DNA of 64,000 nucleotides, from assembly GCA_963748625.1 (NCBI GenBank), contig CAVVJT010000007.1:896001-960000 (forward strand). Direction: 5' to 3'. The stretch is from an uncultured Chloroflexia bacterium (GTDB taxonomy: Bacteria; Chloroflexota; Limnocylindria; Limnocylindrales; CSP1-4). The position numbers and the translations under genes were made by a program. Below are positions 8,631-18,553 of this stretch, in pieces (within the stretch, counting starts at the first letter, position 1; every line of letters starts with the position of its first letter). Below the pieces are notes generated by a model. It had not been told where the DNA came from and did not search any database. It worked only from the letters and a program-made list of their open reading frames with translations.

Positions 8631-10588
8631 GCCGCTTGGACCACCGGGAACACGATCGTGCACTTCGCCTCGCGGCCGGCGGCATCGACTTCGGCCTGAC
8701 CGCCGCCGACGCGGCTGCCCTCGACACGCACCTGGTGACCTGCCCGTCCTGTGCCCGCGCTGCGGCGGCCATGCGCGCCGACGCCCTCGCGTTGCGGCCG
8801 CGGACCATGCCGCTGCCCTCGCGACGGGTCGATGACGCCGTGTTCGGGGCGATCGCCGGACGACGGACCTCCTCGCCCCCTGCGCTGGTCCTCGTCGCCG
8901 CAGCCCTGCTGCTCGTCGCCCTGGTCGCCACGGTCGCAGCCGCGGGCAGCATCCTCCTGCGGACCTGGCGGACGACGCCAACGATCGACGGTCCCCGGAT
9001 CACGGTCGACATGTCCGCCGAGGAAGTCGTGGCGGCATCGATCGCCGCCCACCTCAACCCTCCGCCGCTCATGCTGGTGACCGGGCTGGGCCCGCTCGAT
9101 GAGTACCGCACCAACTGGTACTCAGCGTGTGGGGCCCTCGACGACCTGGGTGATCGGCGCACCATCTACTGGCGCTACCTGTACGACGGCACCGGCTTCC
9201 GCCAGGAGTGCCGGTACGGCGGCGTCGTCGGTCGGCCGGGACCCCTGGGGGGCCAGTACGTGGGTGGCTTCGAGCTGCTCACGCCCGACGGGCATGGCAC
9301 CTGGGACGACGCAGAGTGGAGGCTCATCGACGGTCCCCTCCTCGGGCGCCCAGCGAACGCGCCGCTGGCCACTCCACTGTGGCTCAACTGGATCAACGTG
9401 GGTGCGGCAGACAACCCCGACGCGGGCAGGACCGTGACCTGCGACGCGTGGTCGCTCGGCCCGATCGAGGAAGTGGCACAACGCGATGCCCGGCTCGTCT
9501 CCTGCGGGGCGGACAGGTACTGGGTCGATCTCGAAAGCGGCCTCATCGTGAAGCGCGAGCGGGGCGGCGAAGTCCTGGCGGAGGCGCTGGCGTTGGAGAC
9601 CGGTACGGCACCGGACGCCTCCCAGTTCGCGATGCTCGACGTTGACTTCACGACGAGCCTGAGACCCGGCCTCCGGCCGGCGGCCATCACCCTCCCTACG
9701 CTGGAGGGGGACACCTGGTCCTCGGACTCCCTGATCGGGCAGCCAGCAGCGGTGCTCAGGCTGGACGACTGCACCGGCGATGGATGTCTCCGCTTCGAGG
9801 ACTTCGTCGATGCCGTGGCGGCACGCGGTGACGCGCTTCGTGCGGTCGTCATCGTGGGACGCGGCCTCTCCGGTGAAGATGCGGCGGCGGCCAGGGAGGC
9901 TGGCATTCCGCTGGTGCGCGATGATGGAAGCGGCTGGCCGCGCTGGGACTACTGGCCCGGACTGACCTTGTTCGACCCTGACGGCACCGTACGGGCGGTG
10001 GTCGATCCGCACACCGTGACCTCGCTCACAGCCGTGCTCGACGCGTTCTTGGCCGGGCAGCCCATCCCCGTCCCGCCTCCGTGGGATGGCGTGTTCACCG
10101 TTGGCGAGCCGGCCACGGCCTTGTACGGGCAGCGAGTCCGCGACGGCCGCCTGACCGGTGAGGCCTTCGACCTGGCCAAGCTGGCCGGGCGACCCGTGGT
10201 CGTCACCATCGGAGTCCCGGTCCAGCGCGAGATCAACCGGGGCGACGCGGAGAACGCCAAGGGCGTTGCCACGATCGCCGCCGCTCGCCGGGAGCTCGGA
10301 GCCGACCTGGCGTTCGTGGTGCTCGCCGGGTCTGAGGCCACGGCCGAGACGCTCGAGACGTGGACCCGGCTCCTTGCCGCGGAGGGGCTCACCGACGCCG
10401 ACGTCAGTCTCGTCGTCAGCGAGGACTCCTGGGGCCGGTGGGAACCGCTGGCGCGCGGGCCAGCCGGATCCATGGGAGAGCCCGGCATGCTCGTGGTGAC
10501 GCCGGACGGCAGTGTGGCCAGGATCTTCGGCGAGGGGCTGCCGACGACGGCCGAGCTGCGGCTGGCGGTCAACGAGGCGACGCGGTAG
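8627..10588 (+). CDS. Zinc-binding anti-sigma factor (zf-HC2) with TM and a large extracellular region
   Basis: HLVTCPSC (HxxxCxxC); ATGA overlap with the ECF gene; TM; two thioredoxin/TlpA-like segments. Confidence 0.8.
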   Translation: MSRLDHREHDRALRLAAGGIDFGLTAADAAALDTHLVTCPSCARAAAAMRADALALRPRTMPLPSRRVDDAVFGAIAGRRTSSPPALVLVAAALLLVALVATVAAAGSILLRTWRTTPTIDGPRITVDMSAEEVVAASIAAHLNPPPLMLVTGLGPLDEYRTNWYSACGALDDLGDRRTIYWRYLYDGTGFRQECRYGGVVGRPGPLGGQYVGGFELLTPDGHGTWDDAEWRLIDGPLLGRPANAPLATPLWLNWINVGAADNPDAGRTVTCDAWSLGPIEEVAQRDARLVSCGADRYWVDLESGLIVKRERGGEVLAEALALETGTAPDASQFAMLDVDFTTSLRPGLRPAAITLPTLEGDTWSSDSLIGQPAAVLRLDDCTGDGCLRFEDFVDAVAARGDALRAVVIVGRGLSGEDAAAAREAGIPLVRDDGSGWPRWDYWPGLTLFDPDGTVRAVVDPHTVTSLTAVLDAFLAGQPIPVPPPWDGVFTVGEPATALYGQRVRDGRLTGEAFDLAKLAGRPVVVTIGVPVQREINRGDAENAKGVATIAAARRELGADLAFVVLAGSEATAETLETWTRLLAAEGLTDADVSLVVSEDSWGRWEPLARGPAGSMGEPGMLVVTPDGSVARIFGEGLPTTAELRLAVNEATR

Positions 10589-10743
10589 GCGGACGGCCGG
10601 CGGGTGCATCCGGCATGCTGAACACGGCCAAACCGCCCCGGCACGCGGGACCTTCGACTGGTTGACCGCCGATCGCCTGCCCGCGACGATCAGCACACAG
10701 GGCTGCACCCACGCGTGGCCCGCACCACGGAGGGGAGGTGCCG

Positions 10744-12531
10744 ATGCGCCGGGTCGCCACGCTGCTGATCGCGGTCCTGTTCGCAGGCGTGATCCAGGCC
10801 ACGCCGGGCGCGGACGACCGGCAGGCCCGCGTGCTCGGCGCAGATACCGGGACCGGTGGCTGGGCGACACAGGGCGAGTACCGGGTGAGCCCGCGTCCGA
10901 CGAGCCTGGCCGATCGCAGCCGCGAGCCCATCGTCGCTGCCCACCCGTTCGATCCATCCCGCCTGGCCGTGACCTACCCGGTCGGCGGCGAGCACAGCCA
11001 CCCGGTGATCCGCATCAGCCGCGACGGCGGCCGGACCTGGCGTACCACGGCGACCCGCCCGCGCGGTGGCGGCAGCCATCCGATGGTCGCGTGGGGCCCC
11101 GGGCCGCGAGCCGGTACGGCGCGCCTCTACTACGCCGCGATGACGGGCGATCCCCTCGACTACCACTTCTCGGTGAGCTACAGCGACAACGAGGGACGGA
11201 CCTGGCGGCTCGGGTTCACGGCCGACCACACCCGCGGCTGGTTCGGCGGCTACGAGGACCTGGTCGTGGACACGAACCCGGCCAGCCCTAACTACGGGGT
11301 CCTGTACCTCGCGTACAACTGGCCCAAGGACCGGCTCCGCGGGACCGGCATGCGCGTGGTCGCCTCGGGCGACTACGGCAGGACCTTCTCCGAGGTGGAG
11401 ATCCCCAAGCTCGCCGCGCCACGCGGCTATCCCGACGCATGGCGGATCAGCTACCGGCTCACGACGGCCCCGGACGGGTCCGCCTACGTGGCGGGCTACC
11501 AGCTCGACATGCAGACGTGGCGCTACTCGGCACCCTTCTACAAGGGCGGCTACACCAACATCGGGCGGATCGCGTTCGGGGTCAGCCGGCTGTCCTACGA
11601 CCGGGCGAGGCGCACCCTGACCCGCGGGCCCAACGTGCTCGCGACCGTGCTGCCGGAGAACGCGTGGAACCTCGGCTGGACGCCCGGCATGCGGGGCGTG
11701 AATGTCGGCCTCGCCGAGCCGTGCTGGGCGACCGGGCTTGCGGTGGACGAAGCCGGACGGATCTACTTCGCGGTCGCGAGCTCCGGCCGCATCCGGATCG
11801 TCACCAGCGACGACCGGGGCCGGACGTGGCGGGTGCGCCACCTCCCGCAGGCACCCGAGGCCAAGGGCCGGGAGCAGCGGTCGATGCGCCCCGAGCTGGT
11901 CGTGGGAGGCGGCTTCATCGCGGTCCTGTTCCACACGGTCGACGCGTCGGGTCCGGCCCGGACCGCCGGCAATGCGGTTGCCGTGAGCTTCGACGGCGGC
12001 GCGACGTGGGACGGGCCTCGCCCCGTGAACCGGAGCCGCTGGCGGATCGGGCCGGTCATCGCCACGTACAACGGCCCGGGCCTGCGCGATCGGGCGGTGC
12101 TGCTCGCCGATGGCCGGACGCTGTACTTCGCGTACGGCGACGGGCGGGACGGGCGGTCAGCTTCCTTCGGGGCCCGGATCCGGGTCACGCTGCCGGGCCC
12201 GATCGAACCGCCGACCCTCGCCCACGCCCACGCCCACGCCCACGCCCACGCCCACGCCCACGCCGACATCGTCGCCCTCGGACTCGCCCTCGGACTCACC
12301 GTCGGCGTCAGCCACGGAGTCGCCAAGCCCCGAGCCGGCCGCATCCGAGTCGCCCTCGGCTGCGGCCGTGGAGTCGCCGTCAGCGCCACCGGCCGAGCTG
12401 CCGTCCCAGCCGACACCCGAGTCAGCCTCAGAGCCTCACGGCAGTCCAGCACCCTGAGCCCGCCGATGGTGCGGGCAGGACGACCCTGGCCCGTGACTGG
12501 GGCGGGCATCGCGCCCGGCGCCACATCGTGA
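10744..12531 (+). CDS. Secreted sialidase-like (Asp-box) beta-propeller protein; C-terminal tail apparently frameshifted
   Basis: Signal peptide; SRDGGRTW, SDNEGRTW, SDDRGRTW, SFDGGATW; a Pro/Thr/Ser tail is encoded in another frame, ending at 12457. Confidence 0.75.
   Translation: MRRVATLLIAVLFAGVIQATPGADDRQARVLGADTGTGGWATQGEYRVSPRPTSLADRSREPIVAAHPFDPSRLAVTYPVGGEHSHPVIRISRDGGRTWRTTATRPRGGGSHPMVAWGPGPRAGTARLYYAAMTGDPLDYHFSVSYSDNEGRTWRLGFTADHTRGWFGGYEDLVVDTNPASPNYGVLYLAYNWPKDRLRGTGMRVVASGDYGRTFSEVEIPKLAAPRGYPDAWRISYRLTTAPDGSAYVAGYQLDMQTWRYSAPFYKGGYTNIGRIAFGVSRLSYDRARRTLTRGPNVLATVLPENAWNLGWTPGMRGVNVGLAEPCWATGLAVDEAGRIYFAVASSGRIRIVTSDDRGRTWRVRHLPQAPEAKGREQRSMRPELVVGGGFIAVLFHTVDASGPARTAGNAVAVSFDGGATWDGPRPVNRSRWRIGPVIATYNGPGLRDRAVLLADGRTLYFAYGDGRDGRSASFGARIRVTLPGPIEPPTLAHAHAHAHAHAHAHADIVALGLALGLTVGVSHGVAKPRAGRIRVALGCGRGVAVSATGRAAVPADTRVSLRASRQSSTLSPPMVRAGRPWPVTGAGIAPGATS
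12221..12262 (+). repeat. (CCCACG)7 hexamer microsatellite
   Basis: Seven perfect copies read directly from the sequence. Confidence 0.95.
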
Positions 12532-12691
12532 CCATCGACTCTGTCGGCTGACGGTCACGCCGCGCAGGCTCTCGCGTCGCACAGGGTGTTGTGGGAGGCT
12601 CCGACGCGCGGTCCAGATCCCGGCCGCCGGGACCGCGCCGAGCCACTGGCGAGACCGACCCGCGCACCAGGGGGCGTCCCAGGAGGTTCAC

Positions 12692-13534
12692 GTGCGGCGT
12701 CTCGCCGTTCTCTTCACCGTGACCGGGCTGCTGGTCGCACTCGCCGCGCCTGGCGCGGCGGCAGCCTCGAGCCGTCCCATCGAATACCTGGCCCTGGGCG
12801 ACTCGCTCGCCTTCGGCTACAACCCGTACGGGGACCCGGCCAAACCGGCGGGGTACGTGAACTACGCCGGGATGACCGCGGACATGCTCCGCGACAAGGT
12901 GACCAATGCCTCCTGCCCGGGGGAGACGAGCAGCCACTTCATCGATCTCGAAGGGCCCGACCACGGCTGCGGGGCCTGGCGCTTCGGCCTCGGGGCACCG
13001 CTCCACGTGGCGTACAACACCTCACAGCTCGACTTCGTCGACGCGTTCCTGGCATCCCACCCGAAGACCCGGCTGATCACGATCGACATGGGGGCCAACG
13101 ACGTTGGCGCTCTCCGTGATCACTGCATGCAGCAGACCGACCCGATGAGCTGCTTCCAGGGAGGCCTGCCCGGCGTGCTCGCGACGCTGTCGGCGAACAT
13201 GGACACGATCTACCACCACATCCGGGTCGACGCCGGCTACAAGCACAAGGTTGTCGCCCTCACGGTCTACTCGCCGAACTACACCGACCAGTTGACGACG
13301 ATGGCGATCGCGGCCGCCAACCAGGTCGTCGTCGACCGTACGCTGGCCTGGAATGGCATCGTCGCTGACGGTTTCGCTGCCTTCGCAGCAGCAACCGCGT
13401 CGCACGGTGGCAGCTCCTGCGCGGCAGGTCTCCTGATCCCGCTGGCATCCGGCTCCGGCTGCGACGATCACCCGTCCGCGGCCGGCCACAAGCTCCTCGC
13501 CAAGACGATCGTGCGCGCGGTCCGCGCCGACTGA
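12692..13534 (+). CDS. Secreted SGNH/GDSL hydrolase
   Basis: ALGDSL block I, GAND block III, D-x-HP block V; signal peptide; GGAGG RBS. Confidence 0.9.
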   Translation: MRRLAVLFTVTGLLVALAAPGAAAASSRPIEYLALGDSLAFGYNPYGDPAKPAGYVNYAGMTADMLRDKVTNASCPGETSSHFIDLEGPDHGCGAWRFGLGAPLHVAYNTSQLDFVDAFLASHPKTRLITIDMGANDVGALRDHCMQQTDPMSCFQGGLPGVLATLSANMDTIYHHIRVDAGYKHKVVALTVYSPNYTDQLTTMAIAAANQVVVDRTLAWNGIVADGFAAFAAATASHGGSSCAAGLLIPLASGSGCDDHPSAAGHKLLAKTIVRAVRAD

Positions 13535-13548
13535 GTCCACGAGGCACT

Positions 13549-13582
13549 GGGGCGACCCGCGACTCCCGCTCCGGGTCGCCCC
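13549..13582 (+). terminator. GC-rich hairpin after the SGNH gene
   Basis: 11-bp stem ggggcgacccg / cgggtcgcccc; no U-tract. Confidence 0.4.
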
Positions 13583-13712
13583 TGACCGATGCGCAGGCCG
13601 TGTGCCGGCCTGTTCCCAGTGGATTCGAGCATCGCGCGGTAGCATCGTGCCCCTGCGACCCGAACAAGGCGCCGCGGCCAGGGAGCCATCGCCCGCTGAC
13701 GGAGCACGATCC

Positions 13713-14789
13713 ATGCCCGCACCCCGCACCACTGCGCTCCGCAACTGGCTCGCGGCCCCCCTGATCATCCTCGCCTCGCTGGCGCTCGTCGGGTGCGGCG
13801 CGGGGGCCATCACCCCCTCCGCGTCACCGGCATCACCGGCCGCGTCCACCCCGTGGTCCCTGAGCGACCTGCCAACGATCGGCACGCCCGCGGATGACGG
13901 CGCGCGGATCGTCAAGGAGGAGACCCTCTCCGAGCGGATGCGCGACCTGACGATCGAGTCGCCGTCGGTCGGGACGGTCCAGGTGCGCCTGCTGCTGCCG
14001 GCCTCGTTCGAGAGCGACCCTGCAGCCACGTTCCCGGCGCTCTACCTGCTCCACGGGGCCGATGGCGAGTACTCCGACTGGACTGAGAAGTCCGCCGTTG
14101 AGGGGACCACGGGGCCGACGGACCTGCTGGTGGTGATGCCCGCGGCCGCATCATCGTTCGCGGGCGAGTCGAACACCCAGGGGAGCGGACCCGCAGGCCG
14201 TGCAGCCTGGATGCCGTTCCACGCGACGGAGCTCACGCAGCTCATGGAGCGCAACTGGCGGGCGAGCGACGTCCGCGCGCTCGCGGGCCTGTCGCTGGGC
14301 GGCTACGGGGCGATCGCCCTCGCCGCCAAGAACCCGGGCCTGTACCAGGCAGTGGCGTCATACAGCGGCGCCCTCGACATGAAGGGCCTCATCGACAGCT
14401 ACCTCGAGGACGCCGATCCGGAGACGGTCGCCCAGATCGATGAGATCATCAGCGAGGGACACGAGCTGGTCGACATGACGCTCGCCGAGATGGCCCCGCT
14501 CCTCCGCGGCACGAAGGTGGTCTTCGTGTCGTACGGGAACGGCGAGCCCGGCCCGCTTGATCCCCCGGATCGGATCGCGGGCAGCCCGCTCGAGAAGTGG
14601 TGCGGGGGCGGCAGCGACCTGTTCGTGGAGGAGCTGCGCAACGCCGGCGTCCCGGTCACGGTGGACGACTACGGCGACGGCACCCACTCCTGGGAGTACT
14701 GGGATCGCGAGCTGCAGCTCTCACTGCCGCTCATGCTCGAGGCCGTCGGCCTGCCGGTCCCGGCCGAGCTTGCGTCGCCCGGCGCCTGA
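13713..14789 (+). CDS. Lipoprotein esterase, antigen-85-like alpha/beta hydrolase
   Basis: Lipobox LVGC; LYLLHG, nucleophile GLSLGG, GTHSWEYW. Confidence 0.85.
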   Translation: MPAPRTTALRNWLAAPLIILASLALVGCGAGAITPSASPASPAASTPWSLSDLPTIGTPADDGARIVKEETLSERMRDLTIESPSVGTVQVRLLLPASFESDPAATFPALYLLHGADGEYSDWTEKSAVEGTTGPTDLLVVMPAAASSFAGESNTQGSGPAGRAAWMPFHATELTQLMERNWRASDVRALAGLSLGGYGAIALAAKNPGLYQAVASYSGALDMKGLIDSYLEDADPETVAQIDEIISEGHELVDMTLAEMAPLLRGTKVVFVSYGNGEPGPLDPPDRIAGSPLEKWCGGGSDLFVEELRNAGVPVTVDDYGDGTHSWEYWDRELQLSLPLMLEAVGLPVPAELASPGA

Positions 14790-14801
14790 CCTGTGCCGGC
14801 G

Positions 14802-15326
14802 TCAGCGCGCCGGGTGCGCCATCGAGTCCACGATCACCACGACCGCGAGGATCAGCGCGTCGTCCTGGCCGGGAGCGACCTTCACGCCGTACGTGTCGCG
14901 CACGCGGAACCACTTCTTGCCGACCTCGGCGATCTTGCCCGAGTCTGACTCGATCTCGTACTGGTGGTCCACGATATTGCCCTGGACCTTCCACTTGCCG
15001 CCCCGCTCGAACTCCACGTCGTAGCGCTCGCGGAGCGGGGAGATCAGCGCCTTCTTGACCGTGGCCACCGTCGCGTCCCCGCGCTCGATGGTCATCACGT
15101 CCCGGACGGTGACCAGCTTCTCCTTGATCGCGTAGAGCTCCTGGCCGTTGGGAGCCTGGAGCACCAGGGTCTTCCTGATCCGGAGCGCCTTGCCGTCGAT
15201 GTGGAAGGCGCGCTGGCCCGCGCCGTTCTCGATCCAGTAGTCGTCGCCGATGGAGAACATCTGCTGGCGCATCTGGTAGACGTTCGGACCCGCGGACTCC
15301 CCGCGATCCTCGTGGTGTCGAAACAT
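14802..15326 (-). CDS. LURP-one-related/scramblase (tubby C-terminal-like) protein
   Basis: FSIGDDYWIE and KKWFRVRDTYGV motifs; GGAGG RBS. Confidence 0.88.
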   Translation of the reverse strand: MFRHHEDRGESAGPNVYQMRQQMFSIGDDYWIENGAGQRAFHIDGKALRIRKTLVLQAPNGQELYAIKEKLVTVRDVMTIERGDATVATVKKALISPLRERYDVEFERGGKWKVQGNIVDHQYEIESDSGKIAEVGKKWFRVRDTYGVKVAPGQDDALILAVVVIVDSMAHPAR

Positions 15327-15507
15327 CCGGACCTCCTGGGCGGCGCCGCGGCCGCCGGTGCAGCGATCGGCAGGCCAGTAGCGTAGCCCGACGAGGCCTC
15401 GGGCCGCTCATCCGCGATGGACGATGCCGCCCCTGGCGCCATCGGGCACGCTTTCGCCAAGGCGGTCCTGCCGCCCGTGACATGCCGCCTGCTCCAGGAG
15501 TACCCGG

Positions 15508-16638
15508 GTGCCGACTCGAGCCAGAACCACCTTCGCCAGCTTCCGGACACTGATCGCCGTGCTGGCGTTCACCCTCGTCGCCACGGGCCTGGGCGCCTGC
15601 GCCTCTCCTGCCGAGCAGGCCCTGCGTGGCCCGGTCTGGGCCCTGACCGCCACGACCTCCACCCTGCCCGCCTTCCAGGGCGTGATCCCGCCCGCCGAGC
15701 GCCTGCAGTACACGATCCAGTTCGCTCCGGCCGGGCGGTGGACTGGTCAAGCGGACTGCAACCAGGTGGCCGGCTCGTACACGACGACACGTCGCGAGGG
15801 ACTCGAGATCATGCTCGGGCCGTCCACCATGATGGCCTGCCCCGAGGGCTCGATCGCCCAGCTCTACCTCATCGCGCTGTCCAACACCGTGGGGTTCGAT
15901 GCCACGAACGCCCGCCTCACGCTCAGGCTCGACGGCGGCGGAACGCTGGAGTTCGTCGCGTCGGACTTCATCGCGGCCCCGGAGTCCCCGGACGCCAGTG
16001 CTGAAGCCAGTGGTGAGCCCAGCGCGGAGCCGACGCCGGTCGCGACCGCCACGCCGAAGCCCACGGCCAAGCCCACGCCCAGCCCGTCGCCCACGCCGAA
16101 GCCCACGCCCAAGCCGACGGCGACACCCGCCGCCACGCCCAAGCCGACGGCGACCCCCGCGCCAACCGCTGCCCCGCCCGCGACGGCGACCTGCGCCAGC
16201 GCCGACGGCACGATCACCGTGACCTATCCCGGCGCCTGGTTCACGGTCTCGGATGTCCCCGAGTACCAGTGCATGGCGTTCGACCCGGCGCCCATCGTCA
16301 TCGACCCGAACACGGGCATCCCGATCGCATCGGTGTACGTGGTCGCCAGCAACGCGGTCACCTATGACGAGGCGCTGATGGCAGCGACCGACACCCGGAC
16401 CTGGACGGGCGTCACGAAGGCCGCGGTCACGGTCAGTGGCCTGCCCGGCATGAAGGTGTCAGGCACGGCAAACGGGACCGGCTCCTACCCGGCGGGCACG
16501 TACCGGTATGCCTACTACGTGGATCGCGGCACGGATGGCGTGGTCGTGATCCAGACGACCGGGGCGGAGGGCAACCCGGACATCACCACCAACGAGCAGG
16601 TCGTGGACCAGATGGCGGGCAGGATCGTCATCAAGTAG
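15508..16638 (+). CDS. META (HslJ-like) domain lipoprotein with PT linker and a PsbP-like C-terminal domain
   Basis: Lipobox LGAC; GQADCN...STMMACP META motif; Pro/Thr repeat linker. Confidence 0.82.
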   Translation: MPTRARTTFASFRTLIAVLAFTLVATGLGACASPAEQALRGPVWALTATTSTLPAFQGVIPPAERLQYTIQFAPAGRWTGQADCNQVAGSYTTTRREGLEIMLGPSTMMACPEGSIAQLYLIALSNTVGFDATNARLTLRLDGGGTLEFVASDFIAAPESPDASAEASGEPSAEPTPVATATPKPTAKPTPSPSPTPKPTPKPTATPAATPKPTATPAPTAAPPATATCASADGTITVTYPGAWFTVSDVPEYQCMAFDPAPIVIDPNTGIPIASVYVVASNAVTYDEALMAATDTRTWTGVTKAAVTVSGLPGMKVSGTANGTGSYPAGTYRYAYYVDRGTDGVVVIQTTGAEGNPDITTNEQVVDQMAGRIVIK

Positions 16639-16766
16639 CAGACGGCCGGTGCCGTGCGGCCGGGGCAGGGCAGCATGGCGGCGGGTGGTCGCGGCCGTCC
16701 GCAGCGGGCCTTCGCGACCACGTAGGATAGCGGCGCCCAAGCCGGGAGTGAGCAGGGAGAGGCCCG

Positions 16767-17627
16767 ATGGCGACCACGCCTGTCCAGTCCGTCCAGCACG
16801 GCAACGCGTACAACATCTTCATCCTGGTCCTGACGTTGGCCTCGCTGGTGGTCATGGGCCTGCTGCTGCTGCCCCTCGACGAGCACACCATCACGCTGCT
16901 GCGCTTCTACGACAATGCGATCTGCTTCGTGTTCCTGGGCGACTTCGCCATGAACATGATCCGCACCAAGCCCACCCGCCAGTACTTCATCAACGAGCGT
17001 GGCTGGCTCGACCTGCTCGGGTCCATCCCGTCGCTGGGCATCTTCCAGTTCGGTGGCCTGCTCCGCCTGGCCCGGCTCAGCCGCCTCGCCCGCGTCGCCA
17101 AGCTGTTGCGCGGCAGCAACCGGACCGCGCTCATCAAGGACGTGCTCGAGAACCGCAGCGAGTACGCGGTCTTCATCACGCTGATGGCCGCCGGGCTGGT
17201 GCTCAGCACGGCCAGCGTGCTGATGCTCCAGGTGGAGAGCCAGTCGCCGGATGCGAAGATCCTCACCGGCCAGGACGCGCTCTGGTGGGGACTGGTCACC
17301 ATCACCACGGTGGGCTACGGCGACTACTACCCGGTGACCGGGCCGGGCCGCCTGATCGCCACGTTCGTGATGTTCTCGGGCGTGGGCATCATCGGCGCGC
17401 TGGCGTCGATCCTGGCCTCGATGCTCGTGCCACCGCCGAAGGAGAAGACGCCCGAGGACATCGCGGCGGAGGCGGCCGCAGATGCGGCCGATGCGGACAG
17501 GGCTGACCAGGCGGCGAAGGCCACAGCCTCGGCATCGGATGCCGTCGCGGTCGAGCTGGCCGGCCTGCGTGAGGAGCTCGCGGCGCTGCGCAAGCTGGTG
17601 GCGGCCGATCGGGCGCAGGACGCCTGA
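16767..17627 (+). CDS. Voltage-gated potassium channel (6TM, KvAP-like)
   Basis: Selectivity filter TTVGYGD; S4 segment RLARLSRLARVAKLLR. Confidence 0.92.
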   Translation: MATTPVQSVQHGNAYNIFILVLTLASLVVMGLLLLPLDEHTITLLRFYDNAICFVFLGDFAMNMIRTKPTRQYFINERGWLDLLGSIPSLGIFQFGGLLRLARLSRLARVAKLLRGSNRTALIKDVLENRSEYAVFITLMAAGLVLSTASVLMLQVESQSPDAKILTGQDALWWGLVTITTVGYGDYYPVTGPGRLIATFVMFSGVGIIGALASILASMLVPPPKEKTPEDIAAEAAADAADADRADQAAKATASASDAVAVELAGLREELAALRKLVAADRAQDA

Positions 17628-17657
17628 CGTCCGTCACGCGCTGACCGGCCGGCCGGG

Positions 17658-17855
17658 TCACATGGCGGGCTGGTAGCCCGCGGCCAGGAACTGCTCCGGG
17701 TCGTCCTTGAACTCGAGCAGGCAGCCCTTGCCGCAGAACACGTACTCGCGGCCCTCGTACTCGGTGACCAGGCCCTTGGCGCGGGCGGCGTCCGGGTCCG
17801 GGGTCATGCCGCAGACGGGGTCCTCGTTGGGGGCGACGGGGCGGTGGTCGGCCAT
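17658..17855 (-). CDS. YHS domain protein
   Basis: DPVCGM...YVFCGKGCLLEFKDDP. Confidence 0.88.
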   Translation of the reverse strand: MADHRPVAPNEDPVCGMTPDPDAARAKGLVTEYEGREYVFCGKGCLLEFKDDPEQFLAAGYQPAM

Positions 17856-17893
17856 GGTGGTCCTCGAGCTGGTGGCTGGGATGCGGAGGTCGG

Positions 17894-18553
17894 TCAATCG
17901 TAGCCGAGCGAGCGCAGGACGGGCGCCATCCGGGCGGCGGCCCGGGCCCGGTGCGAGATCGCGTGCTTCTCGGCGGCCGTCCACTGGCCCAGGGTGCGCC
18001 CACCCGGCGGCTCCTGGTGCGGCTCGAACAGCGGGTCGTAGCCAAACCCGCCATCGCCGCGGAGTCCGGTCGCGATGCGGCCGCGGCAGGTGCCCCGTCG
18101 CACGAGGAGGCGCTGGCCACCGCGCGGCCCCGCCTCACCGGGGAGGGCCAGCGCCAGCACGCACACGTAGCGCGCCCCGCGCTCGGCCGCCGGCAGCCCG
18201 TCCAGCTCCCGGAGGAGCCGGGCGTTGTTGTCCGCGTCGGTCGCGTCCGGCCCGGCGAAGCGGCGCGTGTAGACCCCGGGGCCGCCGTCGAGCGCGTCCA
18301 CCTCAAGTCCGGAGTCGTCGGCCAGCGTGGGCAGGCCGCTCCGGGAGGCGTAGTAGCGCGCCTTGATGCGGGCGTTGGTCTCGAAGGTGCTGCCGGTCTC
18401 GTCGGGCTCGCCCTCGATGCCCAGGTCGTCCGGACCGATGAGCTCCACGTTGTCGCCGAGGGCAAGCAGCTCGCGCAGCTCCCGCAGCTTGTGCTGGGAG
18501 CGGGTCGCGACGAGCAGCCGCCGGGCGTCGCCCACGAGCGGCCCTTCGATCAC
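17894..18553 (-). CDS. rdgB: Non-canonical purine NTP pyrophosphatase (HAM1 family)
   Basis: ADDSGLEVDAL, GFGYDPLF, ISHR; follows rph. Confidence 0.95.
   Translation of the reverse strand: MIEGPLVGDARRLLVATRSQHKLRELRELLALGDNVELIGPDDLGIEGEPDETGSTFETNARIKARYYASRSGLPTLADDSGLEVDALDGGPGVYTRRFAGPDATDADNNARLLRELDGLPAAERGARYVCVLALALPGEAGPRGGQRLLVRRGTCRGRIATGLRGDGGFGYDPLFEPHQEPPGGRTLGQWTAAEKHAISHRARAAARMAPVLRSLGYD

Noticed and set aside
16030-16190. Repetitive DNA in the META lipoprotein gene
   Set aside because: Ordinary Pro/Thr linker coding sequence.
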